DNA of 64,000 nucleotides, from positions 72,743 to 136,742 of the forward strand of contig JAZLJO010000014.1 of assembly GCA_045617905.1 (NCBI GenBank). The letters run 5' to 3'. This document shows positions 10,109-19,426 of the stretch, piece by piece (within the stretch, counting starts at the first letter, position 1; each line of letters begins with the position of its first letter). Position numbers and translations under genes: made by a program. The notes under the pieces were generated by a model, which was not told the origin of the DNA, made no database searches, and saw only the letters and a program-made list of their open reading frames with translations. The stretch comes from Candidatus Enterousia sp. (lineage in GTDB: Bacteria > Pseudomonadota > Alphaproteobacteria > Rs-D84).

Positions 10109-11011
10109 ATGGAAACTGAAAATATTCTTAGACTGTTATCGAATTCCGGATTTAATATTCTGGCATCAGATAACATGTACATATATTTAGAAAACCCGGC
10201 ATGTATAACGCGTGCATTTCAAACATTTACAGAATATGCATGGGCAATTATATGTGTTATCACAGGTATGTTGTTTTTTGGATGGGCAATATCTATGATT
10301 CGTGGTGCAAAAAACGATTTATTCACCAACACACGAAATTTGATTTTAATATTGGGAACATTAAGTATTGCCGGTCCAATTGTTAACGCAATATATGGTA
10401 ACGATTTATTCGCCCAAGGATGCAGAACAATAAATGTTTCGATAAATGAAATTAAACAAATTTTAAAAACAAAAGATTTATCCAACCTGGATAAAATTAC
10501 AAAACCAAACGATTATCCTGTTTCACAAAATAATTCCAATTCAGATTCACCTGAAAACACACCGCACGCCATATCGGCCGTTCAAACATCCGCCAAAACC
10601 GTTGTATACACAACCCCAGATGGGCAACGTTTTCAACGTTCAAATGGTTCCGCAGCATGGCGAAACTTTAACCCCGGCAATATCCAATACGGTAAATTTG
10701 CACAAAGTATGGGGGCAATTGGACGTGCGGGCCGTTGGGCCGTATTTCCAGATGAAGAAACCGGTATGGCTGCGATTCGTGCATTAATGCGAACCGGTTC
10801 ATATCGTAATTTAACAATTGCACACGCCATTGAAAAATACGCCCCACCACATGAAAATGACACTGTGGCATATTATAATCACATTGAAAAGTTAACCGGT
10901 TTATCCATTAATCGTCGTGTTGGCGATTTAAATGATACAGAATTAGACAGTATGGCACACGCCATAAAAATTATCGAAGGATGGATACCCGGCCAAACAA
11001 CATTTTTATAA
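10109..11011 (+). CDS. hypothetical membrane protein (2 TM) with conserved C-terminal domain (WRNFNPGNIQYGK...)
   Basis: ORF with hydrophobic helices at aa 40-100. C-terminal 130 aa look globular and conserved, family not recognised. Confidence 0.45.
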   Translation: METENILRLLSNSGFNILASDNMYIYLENPACITRAFQTFTEYAWAIICVITGMLFFGWAISMIRGAKNDLFTNTRNLILILGTLSIAGPIVNAIYGNDLFAQGCRTINVSINEIKQILKTKDLSNLDKITKPNDYPVSQNNSNSDSPENTPHAISAVQTSAKTVVYTTPDGQRFQRSNGSAAWRNFNPGNIQYGKFAQSMGAIGRAGRWAVFPDEETGMAAIRALMRTGSYRNLTIAHAIEKYAPPHENDTVAYYNHIEKLTGLSINRRVGDLNDTELDSMAHAIKIIEGWIPGQTTFL

Positions 11012-11022
11012 AGGGAAAAACA

Positions 11023-11646
11023 ATGTATACAAATACTGTAACAAACCAAAGATATAAAAACGTAATCACATTATCTGTAATGGTATTATTAACCGCCGTG
11101 GTATTATTATTTTATTTTTTTACAAAAAATTATGATAAACACACAAACAATAAAAATGTCACCGATACGCACATTTCACAATATGTCCAACCCCAAGAAA
11201 TAAATCTAAGCGGTTTTGACGATGGATTGGGCCATCCAACAGACAGGGTTATAAAAACAATAAAAAATCAAACCCATACAATAGATACATTTAACCATGA
11301 CATAAATGGTGATGGAACAATCGATAAAATTACACGCACACACATTGATGAAGAAACCGCACATTTTTATGACGAATACAAAATCGAATTAAATATTAAT
11401 GGTGAATTTCATAACATAACCCCAGATGATTTTAGAACCATCAATGGGGCAGATTGTGCATTACAACTGTTACATTTTACATTTAGCCCAAAATTTCATA
11501 TAAAAAAAATATCACGTCCATGGCATGATACTTGGACCACCCCAACATTGGCAACTAAAACAGAATTTGCAATATACAAAAACAAATTACAAATTACAAC
11601 AAACCAACCATTAACAAACATATGTGATGTAGCCGAATTATTTTAA
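11023..11646 (+). CDS. hypothetical N-terminally anchored protein with EF-hand/dockerin-like DINGDGTID loop
   Basis: AAGGGA 8 nt upstream of ATG 11023. One TM helix, then a DxNxDGxID calcium-binding-like motif. Confidence 0.4.
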   Translation: MYTNTVTNQRYKNVITLSVMVLLTAVVLLFYFFTKNYDKHTNNKNVTDTHISQYVQPQEINLSGFDDGLGHPTDRVIKTIKNQTHTIDTFNHDINGDGTIDKITRTHIDEETAHFYDEYKIELNINGEFHNITPDDFRTINGADCALQLLHFTFSPKFHIKKISRPWHDTWTTPTLATKTEFAIYKNKLQITTNQPLTNICDVAELF

Positions 11647-12321
11647 TAAATTAGAATCTTTCGCCGAATAAACAACTTCGCCAGATACCACATAATGATC
11701 ATACAACCCGATATCTACAACCTTTAACAGATTACTAATCTGTTCTGTCACAGCAATATCCTGTGAAGAAAATGCAGTCCCAATTGTTGGATGATTATGT
11801 ACCAGAACAACACTGCGTGCATTTAAATCCAGCGCACGCCGTAAAATTTCACGGGGATACGCCACAGTCGTATTAAATGTTCCATTTGAATGTAAATCGT
11901 CCGACAACATCCGCCAATCGGCATCAAAATACAAAACATGTAATTCTTCGACCGTTTTTCCACCCAATTTTAATACACAATAATTTTTTAATAACGCATC
12001 ATTGCGATACAGGGGGGCTTCCTTTAAACCGCCACGGTATCCATCCAACATAATTTGTCCGACAACCTTAATAAATATCGCGGTATTTCTGCCAACACCA
12101 TCAAACTCAATCAACCGATCCATAGGTGCAGTCAATATTTGATATACCCCACCAAAATGTTCAATTAAATTACGCGCCAACAAATGAACATCACGACGCG
12201 GAATTGCATAACTGATTAACAATTCCAATAATTCGTAATCGGTTAATTTATCATCCAAAAATTTTTGACGTAACCTTTCACGGTGCCCAATATACCAGGC
12301 AATTTTCTTTACATCATCCAC
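11638..12321 (-). CDS. radC: RadC-family JAB-domain protein
   Basis: HNHP..G..S.QD JAMM-like motif (LVHNHPTIGTAFSSQDI) and an N-terminal HhH region. Confidence 0.75.
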   Translation of the reverse strand: MDDVKKIAWYIGHRERLRQKFLDDKLTDYELLELLISYAIPRRDVHLLARNLIEHFGGVYQILTAPMDRLIEFDGVGRNTAIFIKVVGQIMLDGYRGGLKEAPLYRNDALLKNYCVLKLGGKTVEELHVLYFDADWRMLSDDLHSNGTFNTTVAYPREILRRALDLNARSVVLVHNHPTIGTAFSSQDIAVTEQISNLLKVVDIGLYDHYVVSGEVVYSAKDSNLLK

Positions 12322-12336
12322 AGTAAATATCCAGAT

Positions 12337-13098
12337 TTAAATCATACGTTCTGTAAATATTGTAACCCCATCTTCTGTAATCCCCAACGTATGTTCCCAT
12401 TGGGCCGACCAACCACCATCAACCGTACGTGCCGTCCATCCATCTGCATCAATCTTACATTCGGGGCGTCCCATGTTTATCATAGGTTCGATTGTAAAAA
12501 CCAATCCTGGGACCATCTTTATTTTATCAAAATGTTTATCATAAAAATGCAAAATTTCTGGTTCGTCATGCATTACCTTACCAATACCGTGACCTACAAA
12601 ATCATGCGATATTGAAAACCCATGTGGTAAAACGACAGATTCTATTACACGCCCTATTTCAGACAACGGAACCCCCGGTGCACAAACTGAAATTGCTGCA
12701 TTTAATGCATCCTGACATACCTGAACCAATTCACGTGCCTTTGGGGCAACATTACCAATCATAAACATTCGTGATGCATCACCATGGAAACCTTTGTATT
12801 CAGCGGTCAAATCAACATTAACAATATCACCATCTTTTAAAATAACATCATCACTGGGGATTCCATGAACAATAACATCATTTACAGATGTACATATACT
12901 TTTCGGATATCCATGGTAACCCAAATCAGATGAACGGGCACCATTTGCACGCAAAAATTCCACAACCATTCTATCTATTTCACCTGTTGAAATTCCGGCC
13001 CGAATATGCGGTGTTATATATTCAAAACAACGTGCAACCAAATCACCAACAACACGCAAACGTTTAAAATCTTTGGGTGCATATACAGATGGTAACAT
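12337..13098 (-). CDS. map: methionine aminopeptidase type I
   Basis: 253 aa with typical MAP1 metal-ligand motifs (VHGIP, DIVNVD, GFHGD, HDFVGHGIG, EPM). Confidence 0.85.
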   Translation of the reverse strand: MLPSVYAPKDFKRLRVVGDLVARCFEYITPHIRAGISTGEIDRMVVEFLRANGARSSDLGYHGYPKSICTSVNDVIVHGIPSDDVILKDGDIVNVDLTAEYKGFHGDASRMFMIGNVAPKARELVQVCQDALNAAISVCAPGVPLSEIGRVIESVVLPHGFSISHDFVGHGIGKVMHDEPEILHFYDKHFDKIKMVPGLVFTIEPMINMGRPECKIDADGWTARTVDGGWSAQWEHTLGITEDGVTIFTERMI

Positions 13099-13099
13099 T

Positions 13100-14092
13100 T
13101 TACATTCTCCTTTTCAAAGCCAATTTACTTGCGCGTACAGCCAATTTCAATGCAAAATCACGTAATAAAACCTCAGCCGGCATACCGGTTTGACGTAACT
13201 GTTTTTCCAATTCATTCAAACGAAATAAAACCCCGGCAATTTCCGATTCTGGCCAAATTTTTCTGGCCCGATCAAATTTATCCGCAATTTTCCAAAACGT
13301 CGCCTGTGGCAACTGTCCCGTTACCACGGCGGTCATCAATTTTTTGAAATGTGCGTCTAATTTTCGAACCAATAAATTTGGTTCTGTATTGTCATATAAC
13401 AAACGATCCAATGCCGTCATTGTCTGTGTAATATACCCCGCCGTTAATGAATATAAAAAATCATCAGTATCCGCAGCCCCAGTATCGGGCAAACATTTCT
13501 CAACATCATCCAATTCAACAATTTTTTTATCATCAACATATAATGCAATCTTTGCCAAAAAACTACGCGTAATCCCACGATCACCACCTAAATGGTTTTT
13601 CATATATATCATTGCATCTGGTGTAATCTGCACAATACCAGCAGCGGCAGATAATTCACCACGAATCAGTTGTTCCAATTTTTCTGCATTATCTGTATAA
13701 CACGGCAATATTGCGATATCACTGCCCCCTTCGAACAAAGATCGCAAACCACCACCCGCGCGTAAATCACCGGCGGTAACAATAACTGTTGCACACAAAC
13801 CAGGATGTGTCACCAAATCGGCAATCTGTTTAGCATCACCATCTGCCGCCCCAGAAATAACAACCATTTTCTGTCCACCAAACATTGATGGACTGCAACT
13901 TTCGGCAAATACAGCCTCTTGTTTTTCCCGTAATTCATCTGCATCCAATGCAAACAAATTATCTTTTTCTATATTTAATTTTTCAATCGCTTTATCGCAA
14001 TATTCATCAACTTGACCGGCATCAGGTCCATAAATTAACAATGCTTTGATTTTGGTTATTCCACCATTAAAATCCGTATCTTTCCATTTCAT
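13100..14092 (-). CDS. holA: DNA polymerase III subunit delta
   Basis: 330 aa with a LLIYGPD...  N-terminus. Conserved lptE–holA synteny. Confidence 0.6.
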   Translation of the reverse strand: MKWKDTDFNGGITKIKALLIYGPDAGQVDEYCDKAIEKLNIEKDNLFALDADELREKQEAVFAESCSPSMFGGQKMVVISGAADGDAKQIADLVTHPGLCATVIVTAGDLRAGGGLRSLFEGGSDIAILPCYTDNAEKLEQLIRGELSAAAGIVQITPDAMIYMKNHLGGDRGITRSFLAKIALYVDDKKIVELDDVEKCLPDTGAADTDDFLYSLTAGYITQTMTALDRLLYDNTEPNLLVRKLDAHFKKLMTAVVTGQLPQATFWKIADKFDRARKIWPESEIAGVLFRLNELEKQLRQTGMPAEVLLRDFALKLAVRASKLALKRRM

Positions 14093-14565
14093 TACTTGTT
14101 ATCCCCAGAATGTTTTACAGTTTCTGCAATAACACGGGTACCTATTTTATCCGCCAATACCAAAATTGTATTTTGCACTGCACTGTTATACGACGCATTG
14201 GCGGCCACCAAATAACGAACGAATGTATATGATTCGGACGCCGTTTCAACCCCACGTGCAATTTCCACATCATCACGATATAACGTATATTCTGCACGCA
14301 AAATTATTTCTTGCCATGTGGCGTTTCCCGTTTGTTCCAATGCTTTGTATTTTGTTTTAGGTTCACTTAATTTAATCATCAACACATATTCTGCCCCAGG
14401 ATTTTTTTGCCCCCCAAACTGAGCGTTTAACGCATTTCGCAATTCTATACCATTGATACCACTGATTGGTTTAACATAAATATCCGAACTGTTTCCAGTA
14501 AACATCGGCTTAAAACCACATGAACATAAAATCAAAACACATAACACAATCAATAATTTTTTCAT
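14092..14565 (-). CDS. lptE: LPS-assembly lipoprotein LptE
   Basis: Lipobox LILCSC. ~157 aa, immediately upstream of holA (conserved leuS-lptE-holA context). Confidence 0.6.
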   Translation of the reverse strand: MKKLLIVLCVLILCSCGFKPMFTGNSSDIYVKPISGINGIELRNALNAQFGGQKNPGAEYVLMIKLSEPKTKYKALEQTGNATWQEIILRAEYTLYRDDVEIARGVETASESYTFVRYLVAANASYNSAVQNTILVLADKIGTRVIAETVKHSGDNK

Positions 14566-14641
14566 ATTTAATCCGTCTATCTGTTTTCCTGTTGCATTTT
14601 TTTCATATATTACCTAGACTTTTAATAAATCGCAAGGGGGA

Positions 14642-15874
14642 ATGATGAATATTTTTGTTATGGTATTGGTCGCAATCTTTGTCGCTGGTTATTATGTCTT
14701 GACTGCACCTAATACCCGTACCCCTGAACAAGAAACGATGTATGCAATTGAACGTTCGGATCTACGTTCTGTTGCTGAATGTACAACCGCAGTACACAAT
14801 GCACAACTGCATGGCGAAACATTTGATGATATATGTGTTCAACAAAATAATATCATCAGTCAAAACGTATGTTTAAACAAATCATCAAAAATCATCCCAT
14901 GCGATTCAACAAAAACACCTGTATTAAATTATGTCATAACAACGACAAATGTTTTACCTGAATCAAAATTTAATGCAATGACAGAAATCTTGGAACAATA
15001 TTATTCAAACATAGGAACATTTGGAATATTAACGAATAAAAATATAGTTTCCGGTGGCATGCAAAGCAAATATTCTGTTCCAAACACAATCGTATCAAAT
15101 TTAAAATTACAAGATGGGCAATTAATATACATAACCCAATATGCAGTCCCCATAAAAAAAACAGTTTCCATCACCCCAACACAACAAAGCATAGGTTGTC
15201 CAAACGGAACGGTAAAAACGTATCGTTTTGGTCGTTGGCAATGCATTGCAACCAATGATAAAACCACATGTGGTGGTGATATGGTTTGGAATTCCGAACT
15301 GTTAGAATGTATGCCTGATGAAACCAGAAAACCATTATGTGCAAACAATCAAACCGCCGTTATGATTGATGATATATGGAATTGCATGGACCCAATACCA
15401 GAAAACGCATGTTCGGATAATCAGGTTTTACAAATGAATTATGACACAAACACATGGGAATGTATTTCATCCCCAACAGAAACAAACATATCTACAAAAT
15501 GTTCAAATATAAAATCGAACGATTATTATATAAAAATTGGCACAACAACACGCATTCCAATTTCATCGTGCACAGATTGTGAAAAACATATACTGGATAC
15601 AAATACGTGCAAATCGTATTGTATCCCAGATCCAACAAAAATTGGCACCCCTGGATGTTACGCGGACGCGAAAAAATGCACCGGCCAACGACATGGTTTT
15701 TATTTTGGCTTTCCAAACGCAGAATACATTACACACATACCGGATATTGAAAAAAAATATGTCCCCATAGATGCACATCATTCACAAAACAGAAAATTTA
15801 ACTGTCTAGATTGTGGCGATGGCACCATTGATACAGAAAAATCATTTCCACCATATATTGCAATATGTAAATAA
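14642..15874 (+). CDS. hypothetical secreted/anchored cysteine-rich protein
   Basis: AAGGGGGA RBS. N-terminal TM/signal. ~30 Cys spread through 410 aa. No known domain. Confidence 0.45.
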   Translation: MMNIFVMVLVAIFVAGYYVLTAPNTRTPEQETMYAIERSDLRSVAECTTAVHNAQLHGETFDDICVQQNNIISQNVCLNKSSKIIPCDSTKTPVLNYVITTTNVLPESKFNAMTEILEQYYSNIGTFGILTNKNIVSGGMQSKYSVPNTIVSNLKLQDGQLIYITQYAVPIKKTVSITPTQQSIGCPNGTVKTYRFGRWQCIATNDKTTCGGDMVWNSELLECMPDETRKPLCANNQTAVMIDDIWNCMDPIPENACSDNQVLQMNYDTNTWECISSPTETNISTKCSNIKSNDYYIKIGTTTRIPISSCTDCEKHILDTNTCKSYCIPDPTKIGTPGCYADAKKCTGQRHGFYFGFPNAEYITHIPDIEKKYVPIDAHHSQNRKFNCLDCGDGTIDTEKSFPPYIAICK

Positions 15875-16089
15875 CAAATTACTTCAGTTTATGGACTTTG
15901 TTGTTTTCCATAATTGTTGTCCGAATAATTAACCCAATAAAGCGTGGGACGAACCGAAATCCGTCCCAATAAACAATTAAAGGGTAATTATCCGCAGTCC
16001 GAGCCGTAACTCGAATCAACGAATCTCTATTTTACACGTCTGGCGTATACACTGTATACTAAATCACGTGTATTTATTTCTGGTATTAT

Positions 16090-16362
16090 CTACTTTTTTT
16101 TATAATTCATCAAAGTGCCCAAGATATATCCCAATTTTTCCCGTTTCAATACCTGCAACATTTTTTGTTCGATACCAGATATTTGCTCTCTAACCATATC
16201 TAAATCTTTTTCCAGTAATGGAATATTTGGACGGTCACTGGGATCATCTGGATCCATACAGCACAATTCATTTTCTAAATTATGTTGTTCTTTGAAACAA
16301 CTTTCTAATTGTTTTTTCAATTGTTCCTTTTCAAAATTCAAATTCATTTTTGGGTTAACCAT
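16090..16362 (-). CDS. hypothetical coiled-coil protein (operon partner of the upstream glycosyltransferase-like gene)
   Basis: 90-aa ORF 8 nt downstream of the 16371-17261 gene on the same strand. Confidence 0.35.
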   Translation of the reverse strand: MVNPKMNLNFEKEQLKKQLESCFKEQHNLENELCCMDPDDPSDRPNIPLLEKDLDMVREQISGIEQKMLQVLKREKLGYILGTLMNYKKK

Positions 16363-16370
16363 ATTTTTTC

Positions 16371-17261
16371 CTATTTTTTAATCGGTTGAAATTTTAATAA
16401 AATTTCGAATATCTCTTTTATTTTAGACATTTCTTGCAATTGTAATCTACAGTTTTCATAATTTGCTTTTTCTACTTTATTATTATATTCTTTTACGATT
16501 TCTTCTAGTGCAGATATCAATTTAGATACCATATCCTTATTTACCGCCAACGCTTGCCGTATTTTTGGGTTGTTAACTAAATCCCCCAATATACAAACCG
16601 GTGCTTTTTTCAAATAAATATTTAAATATTTTTTCTCATCTTCTTTAGAATTATACTTATTCGATAAAAAATTGTTTGACTGTTCAATTTTCTTTATCAT
16701 CTTTTCTCGTCTTATCAAATTTTTTTCAAAATCACAAATATTTTTTTCTTTTATAATTTGTAAAGCATCGCGTAAACACTTCAACAAATTATAATTATCT
16801 ATCAAATCAATTTCTCCACTAATTTTAAATCCATCCGTCCACGACGGCCCATTCATCCACCATGGTTTAATAGCCTTAGCAACTGCTTTGAACACAGCTT
16901 TAGCCTCATCACTGTATCGTTCATCATATTTATTATAAAAATCACAAAAACGCCCTAAATCGTTTTTTCCCATAAACAAAAATGGTGATTCTGTTCCAAA
17001 AACTTCTTCATTATATGACATCTGTTCCCACAACGTATTACATATAACATCACCGTCTATATATCCGACATCTCCCCAATGAGGCCAACCATTTGTGTTA
17101 AACCCTCTTCTATGAAACGCCTTATATGCCTCATAAACCGTCCCAAAACATAATTTATCTGTAAAATAACATTGTTGGGCAGAATAACCAATTTTTTCAT
17201 TTAAAAAATTCATATACTTTTCTGTATACTGTGGTATTTTAGTAATCTGGCGACGATACAT
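16371..17261 (-). CDS. putative DXD-motif glycosyltransferase (GT-A, Gly_transf_sug-like) with Lys-rich coiled-coil C-terminus; effector candidate
   Basis: Start at MYRRQ, preceded by AAAGGAG. WPHWGDVGYIDGDVI resembles the GG(I/V)YxDxD sugar-binding DXD region. Confidence 0.4.
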   Translation of the reverse strand: MYRRQITKIPQYTEKYMNFLNEKIGYSAQQCYFTDKLCFGTVYEAYKAFHRRGFNTNGWPHWGDVGYIDGDVICNTLWEQMSYNEEVFGTESPFLFMGKNDLGRFCDFYNKYDERYSDEAKAVFKAVAKAIKPWWMNGPSWTDGFKISGEIDLIDNYNLLKCLRDALQIIKEKNICDFEKNLIRREKMIKKIEQSNNFLSNKYNSKEDEKKYLNIYLKKAPVCILGDLVNNPKIRQALAVNKDMVSKLISALEEIVKEYNNKVEKANYENCRLQLQEMSKIKEIFEILLKFQPIKK

Positions 17262-17345
17262 AAGAAACTCCTTTAGACAAAAATAATTTATTCCACAGCA
17301 ATTGTCAATTTTTTTATTCGGCAATAAATTATATTTCAAAAAAAT

Positions 17346-17374
17346 CATCCGCCCAAAGGCGGACAATTTTTTAA
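17346..17374. terminator. intrinsic terminator (tCCGCCcaaagGGCGGa + T-run)
   Basis: Hairpin with T-run downstream of the acyl-CoA synthetase gene on the minus strand. Confidence 0.5.
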
Positions 17375-17403
17375 ATATCAACCAATGATACAAATATACA
17401 CTT

Positions 17404-18990
17404 TTATTCTGTCGGTAATGTAAATTCACCACGTTCTAACATTTCTTTGACCATAAAATGTTTAATTTTACGGGCCGATGTTTGTGGTAATTCATTTTCC
17501 GTTATTGCAAAATGCTTTACCCATTTATATGGGGCAATTTTAAGGTTCGACGCCTTCAACAAGACGGCAACACGTGATGTTGTAACCCCAGGGGTAACCT
17601 GAAATACTGCAAATGGAACAACTTTACCATTTATCACGTATTCAAAAACCGCGGCGGCCAATATTTCATCATTTTGCATATACAGATCTTCTAATTCATC
17701 TGGATAAACATTTTTGCCACTGTCTAAAACAATAACCTGTTTTTGACGTCCCTTTACAATTAAACGTTTTTTATTGTCTAACTTTCCCAAATCACCCGTT
17801 TTAAACCAACCGTCTTCGAATGCGGCTGCATTGGCGTTATCATTATCAATATACCCCGGCATAACCATGTTACCGCGCATCATGATTTCACCAACGCCGT
17901 CTTTATCTGGATTATTAATTTTTATTTCATTTCCCAACAATGGTCCCGCATACCACATGCGTCCATCATCACGACGAAATGCAAAATTAAAATTGGCGGG
18001 GCCGGTTGTTTCCGTCAAACCATAACAATCCCCAACAGCAAAATCCAACCGTTCAAAGAAACGACGAATCGTTGGTTTTAATGTTGCACCGGCAGACACC
18101 AAGACCTTGGTATTACCACCAAATAATTCATGTATAGGACGGGTTACCTTATTAACAATCCAACCCAAACCAATTGCACGTAAAATGCCACGCATTGATA
18201 CAACAACACGCATCAATGTATAAACATGTTTTTCTTTGGCAGCATCAATAATTTTTTTATAAAACGTTTCCCAAATACGTGGAACCGCAGGAATAACCTG
18301 TGGATGATATTTTTGAAAATCGTTCATAAATTCACGTGGATTTAAAACAGGCTGCAATAACAATTGTCCCTGCAAAACAATTGGTACAATTATATTAATC
18401 ACAACACCATATATGTGATACAATGGCAAAAATCCATAAAAAATATACCCTGGACGAATTACTGGACTATAAAACAACGCCCCCTCAGCCAACGATAAAA
18501 CATTATTATGTGTCAAACCAACAACTTTTGGATTACCGGTTGAACCAGATGTAAATGACAACATTGCAACATCATCACGCGATACATCTGCGGCCACAAA
18601 ATCATTTGGATTTGTTTCATCAATGCTTTCAATATCAAACATTTCTGCACCACCATCAACAAAATGCGATTTTTGCGCCAATGCCAATTTACAATTTGTC
18701 CGTGTCATCATATTAACATGTTCTGCCGGTGATAAACCGGTATCCAACATCAATACTTTTGCCCCCTGGGATAAAATTGCAAAATATGACCGAATAAAAT
18801 CCGGTGTATTCCCAGACAATAATGCGACCGTATCACCCTTTTTAATACCAAATTTTTGTGCCAACAAAACCGCACGTTGTTTTACTTTGTTTAACAAATC
18901 TGCATACGTTTCATTCTGTCTGACAAAGAAAATACGATCTTTGTTCTGCACGCAGGCGTTATGCAACATTTCATATATGTTTTTTACCAT
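17404..18990 (-). CDS. AMP-dependent synthetase/ligase (long-chain acyl-CoA / acyl-ACP synthetase family)
   Basis: AMP-binding signature SFTSGSTGNPKVVGLTHNN. 528 aa. AAGGA RBS. Confidence 0.75.
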   Translation of the reverse strand: MVKNIYEMLHNACVQNKDRIFFVRQNETYADLLNKVKQRAVLLAQKFGIKKGDTVALLSGNTPDFIRSYFAILSQGAKVLMLDTGLSPAEHVNMMTRTNCKLALAQKSHFVDGGAEMFDIESIDETNPNDFVAADVSRDDVAMLSFTSGSTGNPKVVGLTHNNVLSLAEGALFYSPVIRPGYIFYGFLPLYHIYGVVINIIVPIVLQGQLLLQPVLNPREFMNDFQKYHPQVIPAVPRIWETFYKKIIDAAKEKHVYTLMRVVVSMRGILRAIGLGWIVNKVTRPIHELFGGNTKVLVSAGATLKPTIRRFFERLDFAVGDCYGLTETTGPANFNFAFRRDDGRMWYAGPLLGNEIKINNPDKDGVGEIMMRGNMVMPGYIDNDNANAAAFEDGWFKTGDLGKLDNKKRLIVKGRQKQVIVLDSGKNVYPDELEDLYMQNDEILAAAVFEYVINGKVVPFAVFQVTPGVTTSRVAVLLKASNLKIAPYKWVKHFAITENELPQTSARKIKHFMVKEMLERGEFTLPTE

Positions 18991-19221
18991 ATGTGTTTCC
19001 TTTTTTGTTTATAAAAAAAATCTGGTCACCACAACACACCAGACAACAAACATTGTATATTGTTTTCTAGGAATTGCAACCTATTCTAAAAACACCACCA
19101 TAATACTGTAACATCTGCTTTTATATACTATCAACATATAGTCGATTTTCATCAATCTATATCTATATTTTGTATTTTTTAATTTATCCGAATCACTTTT
19201 TATTTAAAAAGGCAACTTTTT

Positions 19222-19248
19222 TTGACACAAAAGTTCGTTTGGTATAAT
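19222..19248 (+). promoter_or_regulatory. candidate sigma70 promoter for nrdD (TTGACA-15 nt-TGgTATAAT, extended -10)
   Basis: Consensus -35 and extended -10 about 180 nt upstream of the nrdD ATG. Confidence 0.4.
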
Positions 19249-19426
19249 ACACATAAACCGTATCTATATATGAATTGGGCAGAAAATCCGCATTTTCAAA
19301 TGTAAAGTAAAAAAAAGAAAAAAATTTACTTTTTCTATGTTGCAGCAAATTCAAAAAAACTATATGTTGTTACTATAAATTCAAAACAACCACTACATAT
19401 AGTATTTTTAAAGAATCGGGGCAACA

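Noticed and set aside
15875-16089. 215-bp convergent intergenic region with hairpin GGGACGaaccgaaatcCGTCCC as a possible small RNA (6S/SRP/RNase P)
   Set aside because: No conserved SRP (GGAAGCAGCC-type) or RNase P (AGGAAAGTCCGG) signature was seen. The hairpin lacks a proper U-tract. It is most likely just convergent-gene spacer, with at most a weak terminator.
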